This document shows, piece after piece, positions 25,075 through 34,806 of a stretch of 42,701 nt of DNA. The notes beneath the pieces are model-generated. The model made no database searches, was not told the origin of the DNA, and saw only the letters and a list, made by a program, of their open reading frames with translations. Every line of letters starts with the position of its first letter. Position 1 is the stretch's first letter. Origin of the DNA: an uncultured Rhodospirillaceae bacterium (GTDB lineage Bacteria; Pseudomonadota; Alphaproteobacteria; Micavibrionales; UBA2020); the NCBI GenBank assembly GCA_964349475.1, contig CAYGGT010000005.1, positions 1-42,701 on the forward strand, read 5' to 3'. Made by a program: the position numbers and the translations under genes.

Positions 25075-25108
25075 AATATAAAATTGAGCCCCCCGCATTC
25101 CGGGGGCT
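25075..25108 (-). terminator. Candidate intrinsic terminator after the Clp-like gene
   Basis: On the minus strand the stem agccccc/gggggct has a short loop and is followed by caatttttatatt. Confidence 0.5.
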
Positions 25109-25126
25109 GGCAGGCTTTCCGAGCGT

Positions 25127-27778
25127 CTACAGCTGATCGGGTCCCTGTGATTTTTTCGTTTTGGCGCGGGGCGGTTTTTTGGCCGTGGCGTTGTCATTGG
25201 CCACGGACGCTTCCGGAACCGGAACATCCATCTTGGCAAGATGCGGGGTGACAAACGGCAAAGCGTCGATGACGATTTTTGCCGGACCGTGTTCGGCGGT
25301 GAAAGCCGCGAGTGTTTCCTTGTTGCGCATCAGCCATTTGCCGAGCGGGTTCTGGATCTTTTCGCGCACCACTTTGCGCATGGGGCGCGCGCCGTTGGCT
25401 TTGTCGTATCCGTCTTTGGCAAGCTGCTCCCTGACCGCGGCGCTTACTTCCAGCGTCACATCGCGCAGGTTGACGGCATCCTGATTTGTCAGGCGTTTGT
25501 TCACTTTATCCAGCTCGCGATCAACCAATTTGCTGATAACCGCAGGTTCCAGCGGCAGGAAAGTGATGAACCCGCCAAGTTCTTCGATACGGTTTATCAT
25601 TTCCGGACGGAACAAAGGCGGACGTCCGGGCTCTGACGATTCAGTCACGGCTTTTTTATAGATTTTTTTAAGATCGTCGCTCGTTTTTTCAGGCGTATTG
25701 ACCTGCGCGCCGGTATCAAAACCGATGCTGGAACCGCCTTTGAGGTAATTCATCACGGTCACGGCGCCGGCATTGGTCGTCATGACAATGATCACGTTGT
25801 TGAACAGCACGGTTTTGCCCTGATTATCGGTCATCTTGCCGTCGTTGAGAATGGGCAACAAAACGTTAAACACATCCGGGTGAGCTTTTTCGATTTCATC
25901 GAGCAGCAGGATGGAAAAAGGACGCTGGCGGATTTTTTCGGTGAGCGCCGGTTCCGCGCTTTCAAAGCCGACAAAGCCCGGCGGCGCGCCGATCAGGCGG
26001 GAAACGGTGTGCTTGTCGCTGTATTCCGCCATGTCGAGCTTGATCAAGGCGTCTTCGGTGCCAAACAGATAACGGGCAAGCGCCTTGCAGGCCTCGGTCT
26101 TGCCTGTGCCGGTCGGGCCCTGAAACACGAAGCAGCCCCAGGGCTGGTTCGGGTCGGTCAGGCCGGAGCGGGAGCCGATCAGGCCGTCAACGACGCGCAT
26201 CAGCCCGGGCTGGCCCAGCACTTCCTGCGGCAAAGCGGTTTCGAGTTTCAGAAACCGGTCGTGGTCGCTCTGGTTCAGGAAGTCAGTCGGCAGTTTCGAC
26301 ATCTGCGCGATGGCGGTCAGGATGTCTTGTCTGGAGATGAAATCGCGGCCCTCGAATTCCGCGCTGGCCGCCGCCGTGAGCATGACTTTTTCGGCCTTGC
26401 TCGGCTGCGCCTCCTGCGGCGCGTAGCGGTTGCTCATGGTGACGATGTAGCGAATCTCGTCATCCGTCAGCCCGCGTGTCAGGTTGTTATGTTCTACGGC
26501 CAGCGGCATCAGCGCCTTGATAATGGCATTGGTTTCTTCCTCGCTGGTCGGCAGCAGCGGAACCGGCTCGAAGCGGCGGCCCAGCGCCCCGTCTTTTTCG
26601 ATGTGCTTTTTATATTCTTCGGAGGTCGTCGTGCCCATCACCGAAATGCCTTTGGAAGTCAGGAACGGCTTCATCAGGTTGCCGGAGTCGGTGCCGCCTT
26701 CGGCCTTGCCGGCCGTCAGCTGCGAGTGAATTTCGTCGATGGCGAGGATGATCTTCCGGCCCTTGAGGACGCCTTCACGCTCTTGCAAGCCGTCGATCAG
26801 CGGTTTCAATTTTTCCTCGAACTGGCCGCGGAACTTCGCGCCGGCGTTCATGCCTTGCAGATCCAGTTCCAGCACGCGCGCGCCCTGCAGGGTTTTCGGC
26901 AGGTTCTGGCCGTCATGCAGGCGCTGGGCGATGGCGGCAAACATCGCCGTCTTGCCGACGCCGGCGTCGCCGATGAAACAAAGGCTCGACTGCTTGCGGC
27001 GCATCAGCACTTTCAGGGATTGTTCGGTTTCAGGACCGCGGCCGATGACCGGGTCCAGCTTGCCCTGGGCGGCAAGCTCGCTGAAATCCCTGCAGTATTG
27101 CTTGATGAGTCCTTCGATAACGCTGTCAGACACTTTGTAGCTGACGCGCGGCGGTGGTGGTGCTGCGATATCACGGCGCGGCGCCCTGTTGTTAAAATCG
27201 GTTGTCGGGCGGGAGGGAGGAAAGGAAGGGCCTGGTTTTTGGACAGACGTCTGCCCTCTGGGCGTCATATCTATCCCGCTTGTCCCCTGGCGCGCGATGT
27301 CAGCAATGCCGTCGTGATGCGGGGGGAATGTCAGCGCCTGATCCATGCCAAAGACCGCGAAGGTGCGGGGAAAGCCCGGGTGAAAACCCGCGACTTGCAG
27401 ATTTCTGACAGATTCGGCCGTCATTTCAAAACGCGTGGTGCCGGTGAACGGATCGGCCGACATTTGATAAGTGACTTCAAAGAAGAAGACCTGCTTTGGC
27501 TCCGCCGCCGCGTTTGTCTTGATTTGATAAAGCGTCGTCGTGACGACAGGGCCGAGAGTCGGATGATTGACAATTTCGACCGGGTTGTCTCTTTTGTCTG
27601 AATCATCCAGGGCAAAGATCACTTCATTCGGCTGAAAGCCGCCGGTGCGGATGTCTTTGGCAAAAGCATGCGCGGCGGAAGGCGCCCCATGACTGAAAAG
27701 AATGGCATATTGTCTGGAATTTTTGGCATCCATCAGATACCGTGTGCCGGAATAAATTTCGTCGTTCTCGTTCGCCAT
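25127..27778 (-). CDS. ClpA/ClpB-family double AAA+ unfoldase with a non-canonical N-terminal domain and no M-domain
   Basis: D1 has Walker A GDAGVGKT and Walker B ILAIDEIH. D2 has Walker A GPTGTGKTE and Walker B ILLLDEIEKAHPDVFN. An SSIGFDTG loop lies in D2. The first 235 aa or so do not resemble a Clp_N repeat. Confidence 0.85.
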   Translation of the reverse strand: MANENDEIYSGTRYLMDAKNSRQYAILFSHGAPSAAHAFAKDIRTGGFQPNEVIFALDDSDKRDNPVEIVNHPTLGPVVTTTLYQIKTNAAAEPKQVFFFEVTYQMSADPFTGTTRFEMTAESVRNLQVAGFHPGFPRTFAVFGMDQALTFPPHHDGIADIARQGTSGIDMTPRGQTSVQKPGPSFPPSRPTTDFNNRAPRRDIAAPPPPRVSYKVSDSVIEGLIKQYCRDFSELAAQGKLDPVIGRGPETEQSLKVLMRRKQSSLCFIGDAGVGKTAMFAAIAQRLHDGQNLPKTLQGARVLELDLQGMNAGAKFRGQFEEKLKPLIDGLQEREGVLKGRKIILAIDEIHSQLTAGKAEGGTDSGNLMKPFLTSKGISVMGTTTSEEYKKHIEKDGALGRRFEPVPLLPTSEEETNAIIKALMPLAVEHNNLTRGLTDDEIRYIVTMSNRYAPQEAQPSKAEKVMLTAAASAEFEGRDFISRQDILTAIAQMSKLPTDFLNQSDHDRFLKLETALPQEVLGQPGLMRVVDGLIGSRSGLTDPNQPWGCFVFQGPTGTGKTEACKALARYLFGTEDALIKLDMAEYSDKHTVSRLIGAPPGFVGFESAEPALTEKIRQRPFSILLLDEIEKAHPDVFNVLLPILNDGKMTDNQGKTVLFNNVIIVMTTNAGAVTVMNYLKGGSSIGFDTGAQVNTPEKTSDDLKKIYKKAVTESSEPGRPPLFRPEMINRIEELGGFITFLPLEPAVISKLVDRELDKVNKRLTNQDAVNLRDVTLEVSAAVREQLAKDGYDKANGARPMRKVVREKIQNPLGKWLMRNKETLAAFTAEHGPAKIVIDALPFVTPHLAKMDVPVPEASVANDNATAKKPPRAKTKKSQGPDQL

Positions 27779-27949
27779 CAGGTGCCCCCGTTGAGTGAAG
27801 GAATCTTGAAGTTTATGGTGCGCCTTCTCACGGTAAGGTAAAAAAATCGTGAAGCAAGTAAAATTGCATTAAAAATAAATATTAACTCTGTTTAGTCAGA
27901 TTATTACAAAATCTGATAATAATATTTTAAATGAACAGTGTATATATTG

Positions 27950-28600
27950 TCATACAGTTTTAGGAACAGCCCTCAGCTGATAGTCCGACGTAGAATTCGC
28001 GCCTGAATTTACGTCGGGGGTGACTCGCTCCAGCACGCGGCTGATGATTTTATTATAGTAGTAGCCGGCGATGACGCGGTTGTTGACCATCGCATAAGCG
28101 CAATTGGTGCCCCAGCGCTGATAGCCCATCGATTCGTATAATTTTATCGCGGGCGTTTGCGTCTCGCGCACATCCATCTGCAAAACTTTATAATTCATAT
28201 CCCGCGCGAGTTTTTCAGCCGTCTCGACCAGCTTGCGTCCGCTGCCGCGCCGCTGCGCCCAGGGGGCGACGAAAATGGCCAGCAGCGTTGCCGAGAACGC
28301 CTGCGCTTCGTTATGACGGCTGGGCTCGACCAGTTGCACCGCGCCGCAGACAACGCCGTCCACCCGCGCCACCAGCAAATGCCGCTCCGGCACGACCATA
28401 ACGCCTTTCCAGTACCTTTCCAAAGCGTCCCGGCCGGGGGTGTTGATCCAGCCAAATCCGCCACCGGCTTCAATGGCAGCTTCCGTCGCCTCGCATAAGT
28501 CATTGAGGTCCGCGGCCGAGAGAGCGTCAGCGATTTCAACGGAATGGCGCGCATGTGGTGCGGGAGCGCCCGATGCCGACCTGAGATTCGAATTTAACAT
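27950..28600 (-). CDS. GNAT-family N-acetyltransferase
   Basis: The acetyl-CoA binding motif is present (FVAPWAQRRGSGRKLVETAEKLA...LYESMGYQRWG). Confidence 0.8.
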   Translation of the reverse strand: MLNSNLRSASGAPAPHARHSVEIADALSAADLNDLCEATEAAIEAGGGFGWINTPGRDALERYWKGVMVVPERHLLVARVDGVVCGAVQLVEPSRHNEAQAFSATLLAIFVAPWAQRRGSGRKLVETAEKLARDMNYKVLQMDVRETQTPAIKLYESMGYQRWGTNCAYAMVNNRVIAGYYYNKIISRVLERVTPDVNSGANSTSDYQLRAVPKTV

Positions 28601-28664
28601 ATGTTTTCCTTATGCAGCGTATCTCATTACATCACGGAAAGGTAAATAAAAGGGGTAAAGATCC

Positions 28665-29213
28665 TTAAAAAATACTTTCGAGCGTATTTTGTTTCTTTTC
28701 AATCACAGGGACGGCGCCATCGGTAATGGGTTTACCTTCGGCCTGGTTTTTTTTAATGCGCGCGGCTTCGGCGGCAGGATCAACGACCGAAGAAGGGATG
28801 TTGTCAGCGGGCTTTTCGTCGTCCCAGAAAATCAGCTTCTCGGCGACCGTGCGGTTGTTAAAAGAGAGAATGCCGTTTTCTTCGTCAATGCGCCGGCGGA
28901 TGTCAGCGTCGGCAAGACCAGCCCCCAGCTTGTCCAGCAAGGCCGTTTCCGCAGCGCCCTTGGTGACGGGCGCGGACGTGCTGCCCAGCACCGCTTGCCG
29001 GGCCGTTCCCGACGCGGCGGCGGCGAGCGGCATTTCTTCCTGGGTTGTCGGCGGCCGCAAGGTGTAATCAGGCGGCATGGTCAGCGGCGCCTGTTTCACG
29101 ACCATGAACTCATCGGGTGAATTCCGGTCCACCCCCAGCTCCCGCTTCACCACGTTACAGCCGGTCAGGGACAGCAGAACGGCGATGATCAGGATATTTT
29201 TTAAACGTGTCAT
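28665..29213 (-). CDS. DUF3035-like lipoprotein
   Basis: A lipobox (LSLTGCN) is followed by a low-complexity periplasmic protein. It makes an ATGA overlap with the lspA stop. This is the usual partner position downstream of lspA in alphaproteobacteria. Confidence 0.7.
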   Translation of the reverse strand: MTRLKNILIIAVLLSLTGCNVVKRELGVDRNSPDEFMVVKQAPLTMPPDYTLRPPTTQEEMPLAAAASGTARQAVLGSTSAPVTKGAAETALLDKLGAGLADADIRRRIDEENGILSFNNRTVAEKLIFWDDEKPADNIPSSVVDPAAEAARIKKNQAEGKPITDGAVPVIEKKQNTLESIF

Positions 29214-29794
29214 TTTTTTCCCCGTTGTTCGTCTTTGGTGAGCAGCGCGTCCAGCATCAGAAGGCCGGCGCCGATGACGATGCAGCTGTCGGCCAGGTTG
29301 AAAGCCGGCCAGTGAGACGTGCCGATATGCACGTCGATAAAATCAGCGACGGCGGAAAACCGCACCCGGTCGATCACATTCGCCAGCGCCCCGCCGATGA
29401 TCAGGCCCAATGCCGCAGCAACTATTCTGCGGCTGGCCATGGCGAGCCAGATGATCAGCAGCAGCGAGATCATCATCGACAGCGCGATAAAGAACAGCTG
29501 CGTGCTGACGCCATCCGTGTCCATCAGGCCGAAACTGATGCCCCGGTTCCAGACCATGACAAAGTTCAGCAGGGGCGTAATCGCGACCGTTCTGAAATTT
29601 TCCTGCTCCAGAATAAAAAACGCGACTTTCTGCTGGGTCACGAACCAGTCAAAGAACCCGCCCGCCGCAGGCCCATCTATACGCAGTACAGTTTCCATGA
29701 CCAGCCACTTGGTGTATTGATCTGTCAGAAACGCCGCGAACATAATGATAAAACCCAGGAGAAAATGTCTTCCGACAGCAGAAGCTTGAGGCAT
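29210..29794 (-). CDS. lspA: Signal peptidase II module with its own possible start inside the ribF-lspA ORF
   Basis: The ATG at 29794 ([19 protein letters not shown]) is preceded by AAGGA at a 7-nt spacing. LspA catalytic Asp motifs are present downstream. Confidence 0.6.
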   Translation of the reverse strand: MPQASAVGRHFLLGFIIMFAAFLTDQYTKWLVMETVLRIDGPAAGGFFDWFVTQQKVAFFILEQENFRTVAITPLLNFVMVWNRGISFGLMDTDGVSTQLFFIALSMMISLLLIIWLAMASRRIVAAALGLIIGGALANVIDRVRFSAVADFIDVHIGTSHWPAFNLADSCIVIGAGLLMLDALLTKDEQRGKK

Positions 29795-30766
29795 GAGGCT
29801 GTCCTTCTTGCAGTAGCGGGGGCATGAAAGCACAGCTTTCGCCTCTAAGCAATCCACTTTCATTTGCCGGATGAGCATCGGCAAATTCGAGAAAGAAAGT
29901 TCCGGCCGTAAATAATGCACCGGGCGGACGCGCATCATCTTGCCATAAACATCGTCGTCAAAATCGAAGATGAAAGTTTCAAAAACCGGCTGGGGCCGCA
30001 AGAACATCGGGCGGATGCCGAAACTGGCGACGCCGGTGCGCCACATGGCCCTGCCGCTCCCATTTTTTTCCTTCTCGTCTTCGATCAATACTTCCACCGC
30101 ATAGACGCCGTAAGGGATGCGAACCTGCGCGCCCATGTCCTGGTTGGTGGTGGGATAGCCCAGCGCGCGGCCGCGCTTGTCGCCGTGCACGATGAGCGCT
30201 TCCGTCTGCCAGGGCCAGCCGAGCAGGTTTTGCGCTTCGGAAAATTTACCCTGCCGCAGCAAAGCGCGGATGGCGGTAGAAGAGTAAACTTGGCCTTCCG
30301 GAGAAGCGACGGTCGGCACGACGGTGAGTTCGAATTGTCTGTTTTTTAAAGTCTCGACCGTGCCTGTCCTGCCCCGTCCGAAGGAAAAATCCGCGCCGAC
30401 GACGACGTGCCGGACTTTCAGTTTTTGAATCAGGATGCGGTCGATGAACGCATCCGCGTCCAGCTGCGAAAACACCTGGTTGAATCCCCAGGCAAAGAGG
30501 TGATCCACGCCCATCTCTCCCAGCAGGCGGCCTTTCATCGGCAGCAAGGTCAGGCGGAAAGGCGCCGCGTCCGGATAAAAAAACTGCTGGGGATGCGGCT
30601 CGAAAGTCAAAACGCCGAGAGGCGCTTGTTCCTTGGCAGAGATTTCCTGTGCGGCCTTGATCAGCGCGCGGTGGCCCAGATGCACGCCGTCGAAGTTTCC
30701 GATCAGCAGCACGCACCCCTCTGCGTCAGGAGGGATGCTGCTTTGATCGGTGTGAAGCGTGATCAT
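29210..30766 (-). CDS. ribF: Single 518-codon ORF joining RibF (FAD synthetase/riboflavin kinase) to LspA (signal peptidase II)
   Basis: Residues 1-313 are RibF-like ([15 protein letters not shown], riboflavin kinase [14 protein letters not shown]). An 11-aa linker follows. Residues 325-518 are LspA-like ([28 protein letters not shown]). No stop codon separates the two parts. Confidence 0.8.
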   Translation of the reverse strand: MITLHTDQSSIPPDAEGCVLLIGNFDGVHLGHRALIKAAQEISAKEQAPLGVLTFEPHPQQFFYPDAAPFRLTLLPMKGRLLGEMGVDHLFAWGFNQVFSQLDADAFIDRILIQKLKVRHVVVGADFSFGRGRTGTVETLKNRQFELTVVPTVASPEGQVYSSTAIRALLRQGKFSEAQNLLGWPWQTEALIVHGDKRGRALGYPTTNQDMGAQVRIPYGVYAVEVLIEDEKEKNGSGRAMWRTGVASFGIRPMFLRPQPVFETFIFDFDDDVYGKMMRVRPVHYLRPELSFSNLPMLIRQMKVDCLEAKAVLSCPRYCKKDSLMPQASAVGRHFLLGFIIMFAAFLTDQYTKWLVMETVLRIDGPAAGGFFDWFVTQQKVAFFILEQENFRTVAITPLLNFVMVWNRGISFGLMDTDGVSTQLFFIALSMMISLLLIIWLAMASRRIVAAALGLIIGGALANVIDRVRFSAVADFIDVHIGTSHWPAFNLADSCIVIGAGLLMLDALLTKDEQRGKK

Positions 30767-32013
30767 GCCGCGCGTTTCAGGCTAAGTCCCGCCCAGACAT
30801 CGCACAGCGCATCCGCCAGCGCCGCCATATCGTCGTCGGTATGAAACGGCGTCGGGGTCAGGCGCAGACGTTCCAGTCCGCGCGGCACCGTCGGGTAATT
30901 GATCGGCTGAACGTAAATATTATGGCGGAGCAGCAGTTCGTCGCTGGCGCGCTTGCAAAGCCGCGCATCGCCGATCAGCAGCGGCACGATATGGCTGACG
31001 GACGGCATCACCGGCAAGCCGTGACGGAGCAGCAGTTTCTTGAGGACAGCCGCGCGTTCCTGATGCTGCGCCCGTTCCGCCTGCGACGTTTTCAGGTGCT
31101 GCACGCTGGCAATCGCGCCCGCCAGCAAGCACGGCGGCAGCGCGGTCGTGAAAATGAAACTGGCGGCGTAAGACCTGACGACATCGACAATGGCCTGGCG
31201 GGCGGCAATATAACCGCCCATCACGCCAAACGCCTTGCCGAGCGTGCCTTCTATGATGTCAATGCGATCCATCTGTCCCGTGGCTTCGGCGATGCCGGCG
31301 CCCCGCGGGCCGTACATGCCGACGGCATGCACTTCGTCAAGATAGGTCAAGGCGCCGTATTTTTCTGCGAGGTCGCAAATATCTTTGATCGGCGCGACGT
31401 CGCCGTCCATGGAGTAAACGGATTCGAAGGCGATGATTTTGGGGCGGCATCTTTCCACCGTATGCAGCAGCGATTCCAGATGCGCCAGGTCGTTATGCCG
31501 GAAAATAAGCTTTTCGCAGCCGCTTGAACGAATGCCCTGAATCATCGAGGCGTGGTTCATTTCATCGGAAAAAATCATGCAATCGGGCATGATTTTTCCA
31601 AGCGTGCCCAGCGCCGCTTCGTTGGAAACATAGCCGGAGGTGAAAACCAGCGCCGCCGCCTTTTGGTGCAGGTCGGCCAGTTCTTGTTCCAGCAGCACAT
31701 GGTAATGCGTGGTGCCGGAAATATTGCGCGTGCCGCCGGCGCCGGCGCCGGATTGCCGCACCGCCGCGCACATGGCGTCAAGAACTTTCGGGTGCTGGCC
31801 CATGCCGAGGTAATCGTTGCTGCACCAGACCACCACTTCCCGCGCATGACCCGCCGCATCGCGGTAAAGGGCTTTGGGAAATTTTCCCGCCTGCCGCTCC
31901 AGGTCGGCAAAGACGCGATAGCGCCCTTCCTTGTGCAGGTCGGCAAGACGATGTTCAAAAAAACTTCCGTAAAAATCCAGAAGAGAATTTTTGGGAGGGG
32001 CGGCACGCAGCAT
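30763..32013 (-). CDS. hemA: 5-aminolevulinate synthase
   Basis: This is an alpha-oxoamine synthase fold with the ALAS N-terminus ([23 protein letters not shown]), the PLP lysine GTLGKAFG and SVYSMDGD. It makes an ATGA overlap with the ribF start. Confidence 0.9.
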   Translation of the reverse strand: MLRAAPPKNSLLDFYGSFFEHRLADLHKEGRYRVFADLERQAGKFPKALYRDAAGHAREVVVWCSNDYLGMGQHPKVLDAMCAAVRQSGAGAGGTRNISGTTHYHVLLEQELADLHQKAAALVFTSGYVSNEAALGTLGKIMPDCMIFSDEMNHASMIQGIRSSGCEKLIFRHNDLAHLESLLHTVERCRPKIIAFESVYSMDGDVAPIKDICDLAEKYGALTYLDEVHAVGMYGPRGAGIAEATGQMDRIDIIEGTLGKAFGVMGGYIAARQAIVDVVRSYAASFIFTTALPPCLLAGAIASVQHLKTSQAERAQHQERAAVLKKLLLRHGLPVMPSVSHIVPLLIGDARLCKRASDELLLRHNIYVQPINYPTVPRGLERLRLTPTPFHTDDDMAALADALCDVWAGLSLKRAA

Positions 32014-32070
32014 TTTTTATACTCTTCCTTTAAATTCTCTCTGCACATCCCAACGAAGAGCAGCAAAAAG

Positions 32071-33138
32071 CTATTTCTTAAACTCCGCCGCCGCCTTGAC
32101 CAGGTTGCGCCCGCTTTTTTTGGCGTCATAAAGCGCGGCGTCGGCCCGGTCGATAAAATCCGTGACGCTTTCGCCCACCGCATACTGGGCGACACCGACG
32201 GAAAGCGTGATCTGGCCGAGACTTTCGTTGGTGGCTTTATTGATCAGTTCCTTGTTTTCCACGACCTTGCGCAGCGTATCCGCGACTTTCAGCGCCGCCG
32301 ATAGCGGCGTTTCCGGCAGGATAACGGCAAATTCCTCGCCGCCAAAACGCGCCGCGACGTCACGGCCCTTGACGCCATCCGTCAGGGTGCGCGCCACCAG
32401 CCGCAACACCTGGTCGCCGGTCTGGTGGCCGTGGAGGTCGTTGAATTTCTTGAAATGGTCGATATCCATCATCAGCAGAGATAACGATCCGCCGGAAATT
32501 GTCGTTTCTTCGGCCCAGTCGCGCATTTGCTTGTCAAAGGTCTTGCGGTTGGCAAGACCGGTCAGGCCGTCTGTCATGGCTTCTTTTTTGACGTTGTCGA
32601 GGTTTTTTCTCAACTCCGCCACCTGGGTCGATGAGTTGATCAGCTGGAATTCCAGGTCGTGGTTTTTCTGCACCATCATCTTGGTATCGTTGACGATGAC
32701 CGAAACAACGCGGCCCAGATCATCGAGGCTCTCCGCGCGCGCAATTTTCTGGCTGGCATCCCCCAGCGTATCGCCGTATTCCGAGGTTGCCGACTGGGCC
32801 GTGTTCAGCATCCCGCCCAGCGCCGTGATGGCCTGCTGGACCTGGTCAGTGATTTTTTTGACGGTATCGTCGCGCGCCGTCTCGCTTAAATAACGCTTGT
32901 AAAATTTATGACAGGTGATTTCATCCATGACCCCCGGGTTGGCGTTGATGGCTTCGACGATTTCGGGATCTCCCTGAAAATACCGGAACCAGAGTTCGTA
33001 CAGCGGCGGGGTGGGCTCGAGTTTCAGCTGTTCTATTCTTTCAAGCGCAAGACAGGCAAGCTCCGTCGCACGCGCCGGCTGCCCGCCGTTTTCACCCTTA
33101 TCTTCTCTGCCAGCCAAATGTCGTACTCCAGACGTCAT
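32071..33138 (-). CDS. Diguanylate cyclase (GGDEF) with a helical N-terminal sensor or coiled-coil region
   Basis: DGLTGLANRKTF, DIDHFKKFNDLHGH and the active site RFGGEEF are present. Confidence 0.9.
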   Translation of the reverse strand: MTSGVRHLAGREDKGENGGQPARATELACLALERIEQLKLEPTPPLYELWFRYFQGDPEIVEAINANPGVMDEITCHKFYKRYLSETARDDTVKKITDQVQQAITALGGMLNTAQSATSEYGDTLGDASQKIARAESLDDLGRVVSVIVNDTKMMVQKNHDLEFQLINSSTQVAELRKNLDNVKKEAMTDGLTGLANRKTFDKQMRDWAEETTISGGSLSLLMMDIDHFKKFNDLHGHQTGDQVLRLVARTLTDGVKGRDVAARFGGEEFAVILPETPLSAALKVADTLRKVVENKELINKATNESLGQITLSVGVAQYAVGESVTDFIDRADAALYDAKKSGRNLVKAAAEFKK

Positions 33139-33209
33139 TACAAAACTTCCTGAAAAATGATAACCAAAATATGCGGCGAATGCACATGAATATCAAATTT
33201 TTCCGGAAA

Positions 33210-33791
33210 CTAGAGGCGTTTTATATCCGGGCGGATGTGCTGGACTTGCGCGCGCAACGCCGGCAAGGCGTCTTCGGGCATCTCCACCACCTGAAACAGG
33301 TTTCTTTGCCAAAACGGCGTAAATCCGCTCTCCACCATATGGTCGATCATGGCCAGCAGGGGCGCGTAAAAATTTTTGGTATTCAAAAAAACCACCGGCT
33401 TGTCGTGCAGGCCGATGTATTTCCAGGTCAAGATCTCGAACGTTTCGTCGAGCGTGCCAAAACCGCCCGGTAAAACCACGAAACCGTCCGACCTTTCGAC
33501 CATCACGCGCTTGCGGGTATGCATGCTGTCAACGATCAGCAGCTCCGTCACATCGGTATTGCGAATTTCCGTTTCCTGCAGGTGTTCGGGGATGACGCCC
33601 GTTACCAGGCCGCCGTTGCTGAAAACGGCGTCCGACACGATCCCCATTAACCCGGCCCGCCCGCCGCCGTACACCAGCCGCACTTTTTCCTGGGCAAGAA
33701 TTTCGCCGAAACGCCGGCCGCCGTCTTTGTAAGCCTGATCCACGTTGGAACTGGTCCCGCAATAGACCGTTACAGAGTTTATTTTCATCAT
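33210..33791 (-). CDS. LOG-family (TIGR00730) nucleotide 5'-monophosphate nucleosidase
   Basis: GGGRAGLMG and PGGFGTLDE motifs are present. It makes an ATGA overlap with the add stop. Confidence 0.85.
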   Translation of the reverse strand: MMKINSVTVYCGTSSNVDQAYKDGGRRFGEILAQEKVRLVYGGGRAGLMGIVSDAVFSNGGLVTGVIPEHLQETEIRNTDVTELLIVDSMHTRKRVMVERSDGFVVLPGGFGTLDETFEILTWKYIGLHDKPVVFLNTKNFYAPLLAMIDHMVESGFTPFWQRNLFQVVEMPEDALPALRAQVQHIRPDIKRL

Positions 33792-34795
33792 TTTTCCATT
33801 TTCATTATCAGGCGCCGCCGCGTGTCTTCATCGACAAAGGCCTCTTCGATAGCATTTTTTGAGATCCGCCGCAATTCATCTTCGCTGAAGCCGAATTTTT
33901 CCCGGGCGATCTGGTATTCGCGGCCGATGCTGGTGTTGAAAAAACTCGGATCGTCGCTGCCGAGCGTGACTTTCAACCCGGCGTCGAAAAACAGGCGCAA
34001 CGGATGGCTGGCGTAGTCTTTGAAGACACCGAGAACCAGGTTGCTGGAAACGCAGACCTCCGGCACCGCCTTGATGGCGATCAGTTCTTTCATTAAAACG
34101 GGGTCTTCCGGCGCACGCACCATGTGGCCGAAGCGGCGCAGGCGCAAAGCATCCCGCACCGCGCGGATGCTCCCCGGCCCTGCCGCTTCTCCCGCATGCG
34201 CGGTGCGGCACGGCAAAGCGGCGCGGTCGAAAGCCGGCGCAAAATCCGCCGGCGCATAAGCGTTTTCATCCCCCGCCATGCCAAAGCCCGTCACCAGCGG
34301 ATGGGGGTGGTCGCGCGTCAGTCCGCCGACGTTCAGCGCCGCCGCCGGGCCGAAATGCCGCACGCAGGTCGATATCAGCCGCGCTTCGATGCCGGTCGCC
34401 GCTCTGGCTTTTTCGACGCCCGCCGCGATGGCGCCCAGCATGGCGGGATAACTGAGCCCCGCCATCGCGCCGTGATCGGCGGAAATCGTGATCTCCGCAT
34501 AAATACAGCTCTCAGCGGCGGACCGCTCCAGGAAATCATACGTGATGTCGGTGTAATCGGCGGCGCATTTCATGACCGATGTCGCGGCGTCATAGGCTTG
34601 CAGAAACGGCGTTAAGCCAGTTCCCGCCCATTTGAACGCATCCCCCTCGATCAGCCCGTCGGGCACGGCCACGCTGTTGCGGCGCGCCAGGCGCTGCACC
34701 ATCTTTGGCGTGATCGTGCCTTCGAGATGAACGTGGAGATCGACTTTGGGGATATGCTGCAACAAAGAGATCCCTCGTATCCGCTCAGGGTTCAC
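33788..34795 (-). CDS. add: Adenosine deaminase
   Basis: Metal-binding VDLHVHLEG, HAGE and GSDDPSFF are present. I prefer the in-frame GTG at 34795, because the 34855 ATG would overlap the thiolase 3' end by 49 nt. The start is uncertain. Confidence 0.8.
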   Translation of the reverse strand: MNPERIRGISLLQHIPKVDLHVHLEGTITPKMVQRLARRNSVAVPDGLIEGDAFKWAGTGLTPFLQAYDAATSVMKCAADYTDITYDFLERSAAESCIYAEITISADHGAMAGLSYPAMLGAIAAGVEKARAATGIEARLISTCVRHFGPAAALNVGGLTRDHPHPLVTGFGMAGDENAYAPADFAPAFDRAALPCRTAHAGEAAGPGSIRAVRDALRLRRFGHMVRAPEDPVLMKELIAIKAVPEVCVSSNLVLGVFKDYASHPLRLFFDAGLKVTLGSDDPSFFNTSIGREYQIAREKFGFSEDELRRISKNAIEEAFVDEDTRRRLIMKMEK

Positions 34796-34806
34796 TGTGA
34801 TAGATG

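Noticed and set aside
27896-27916. An inverted repeat tcagatt-N7-aatctga in the AT-rich region upstream of the Clp-like gene.
   Set aside because: It is a 7-bp AT-rich stem in very AT-rich DNA, so it is likely to arise by chance. There is no supporting second site.
32071-33138. A possible RxxD allosteric I-site in the GGDEF protein.
   Set aside because: The residues five positions upstream of GGEEF read KGRD, which is KxxD in the register expected for RxxD. An intact I-site cannot be claimed.
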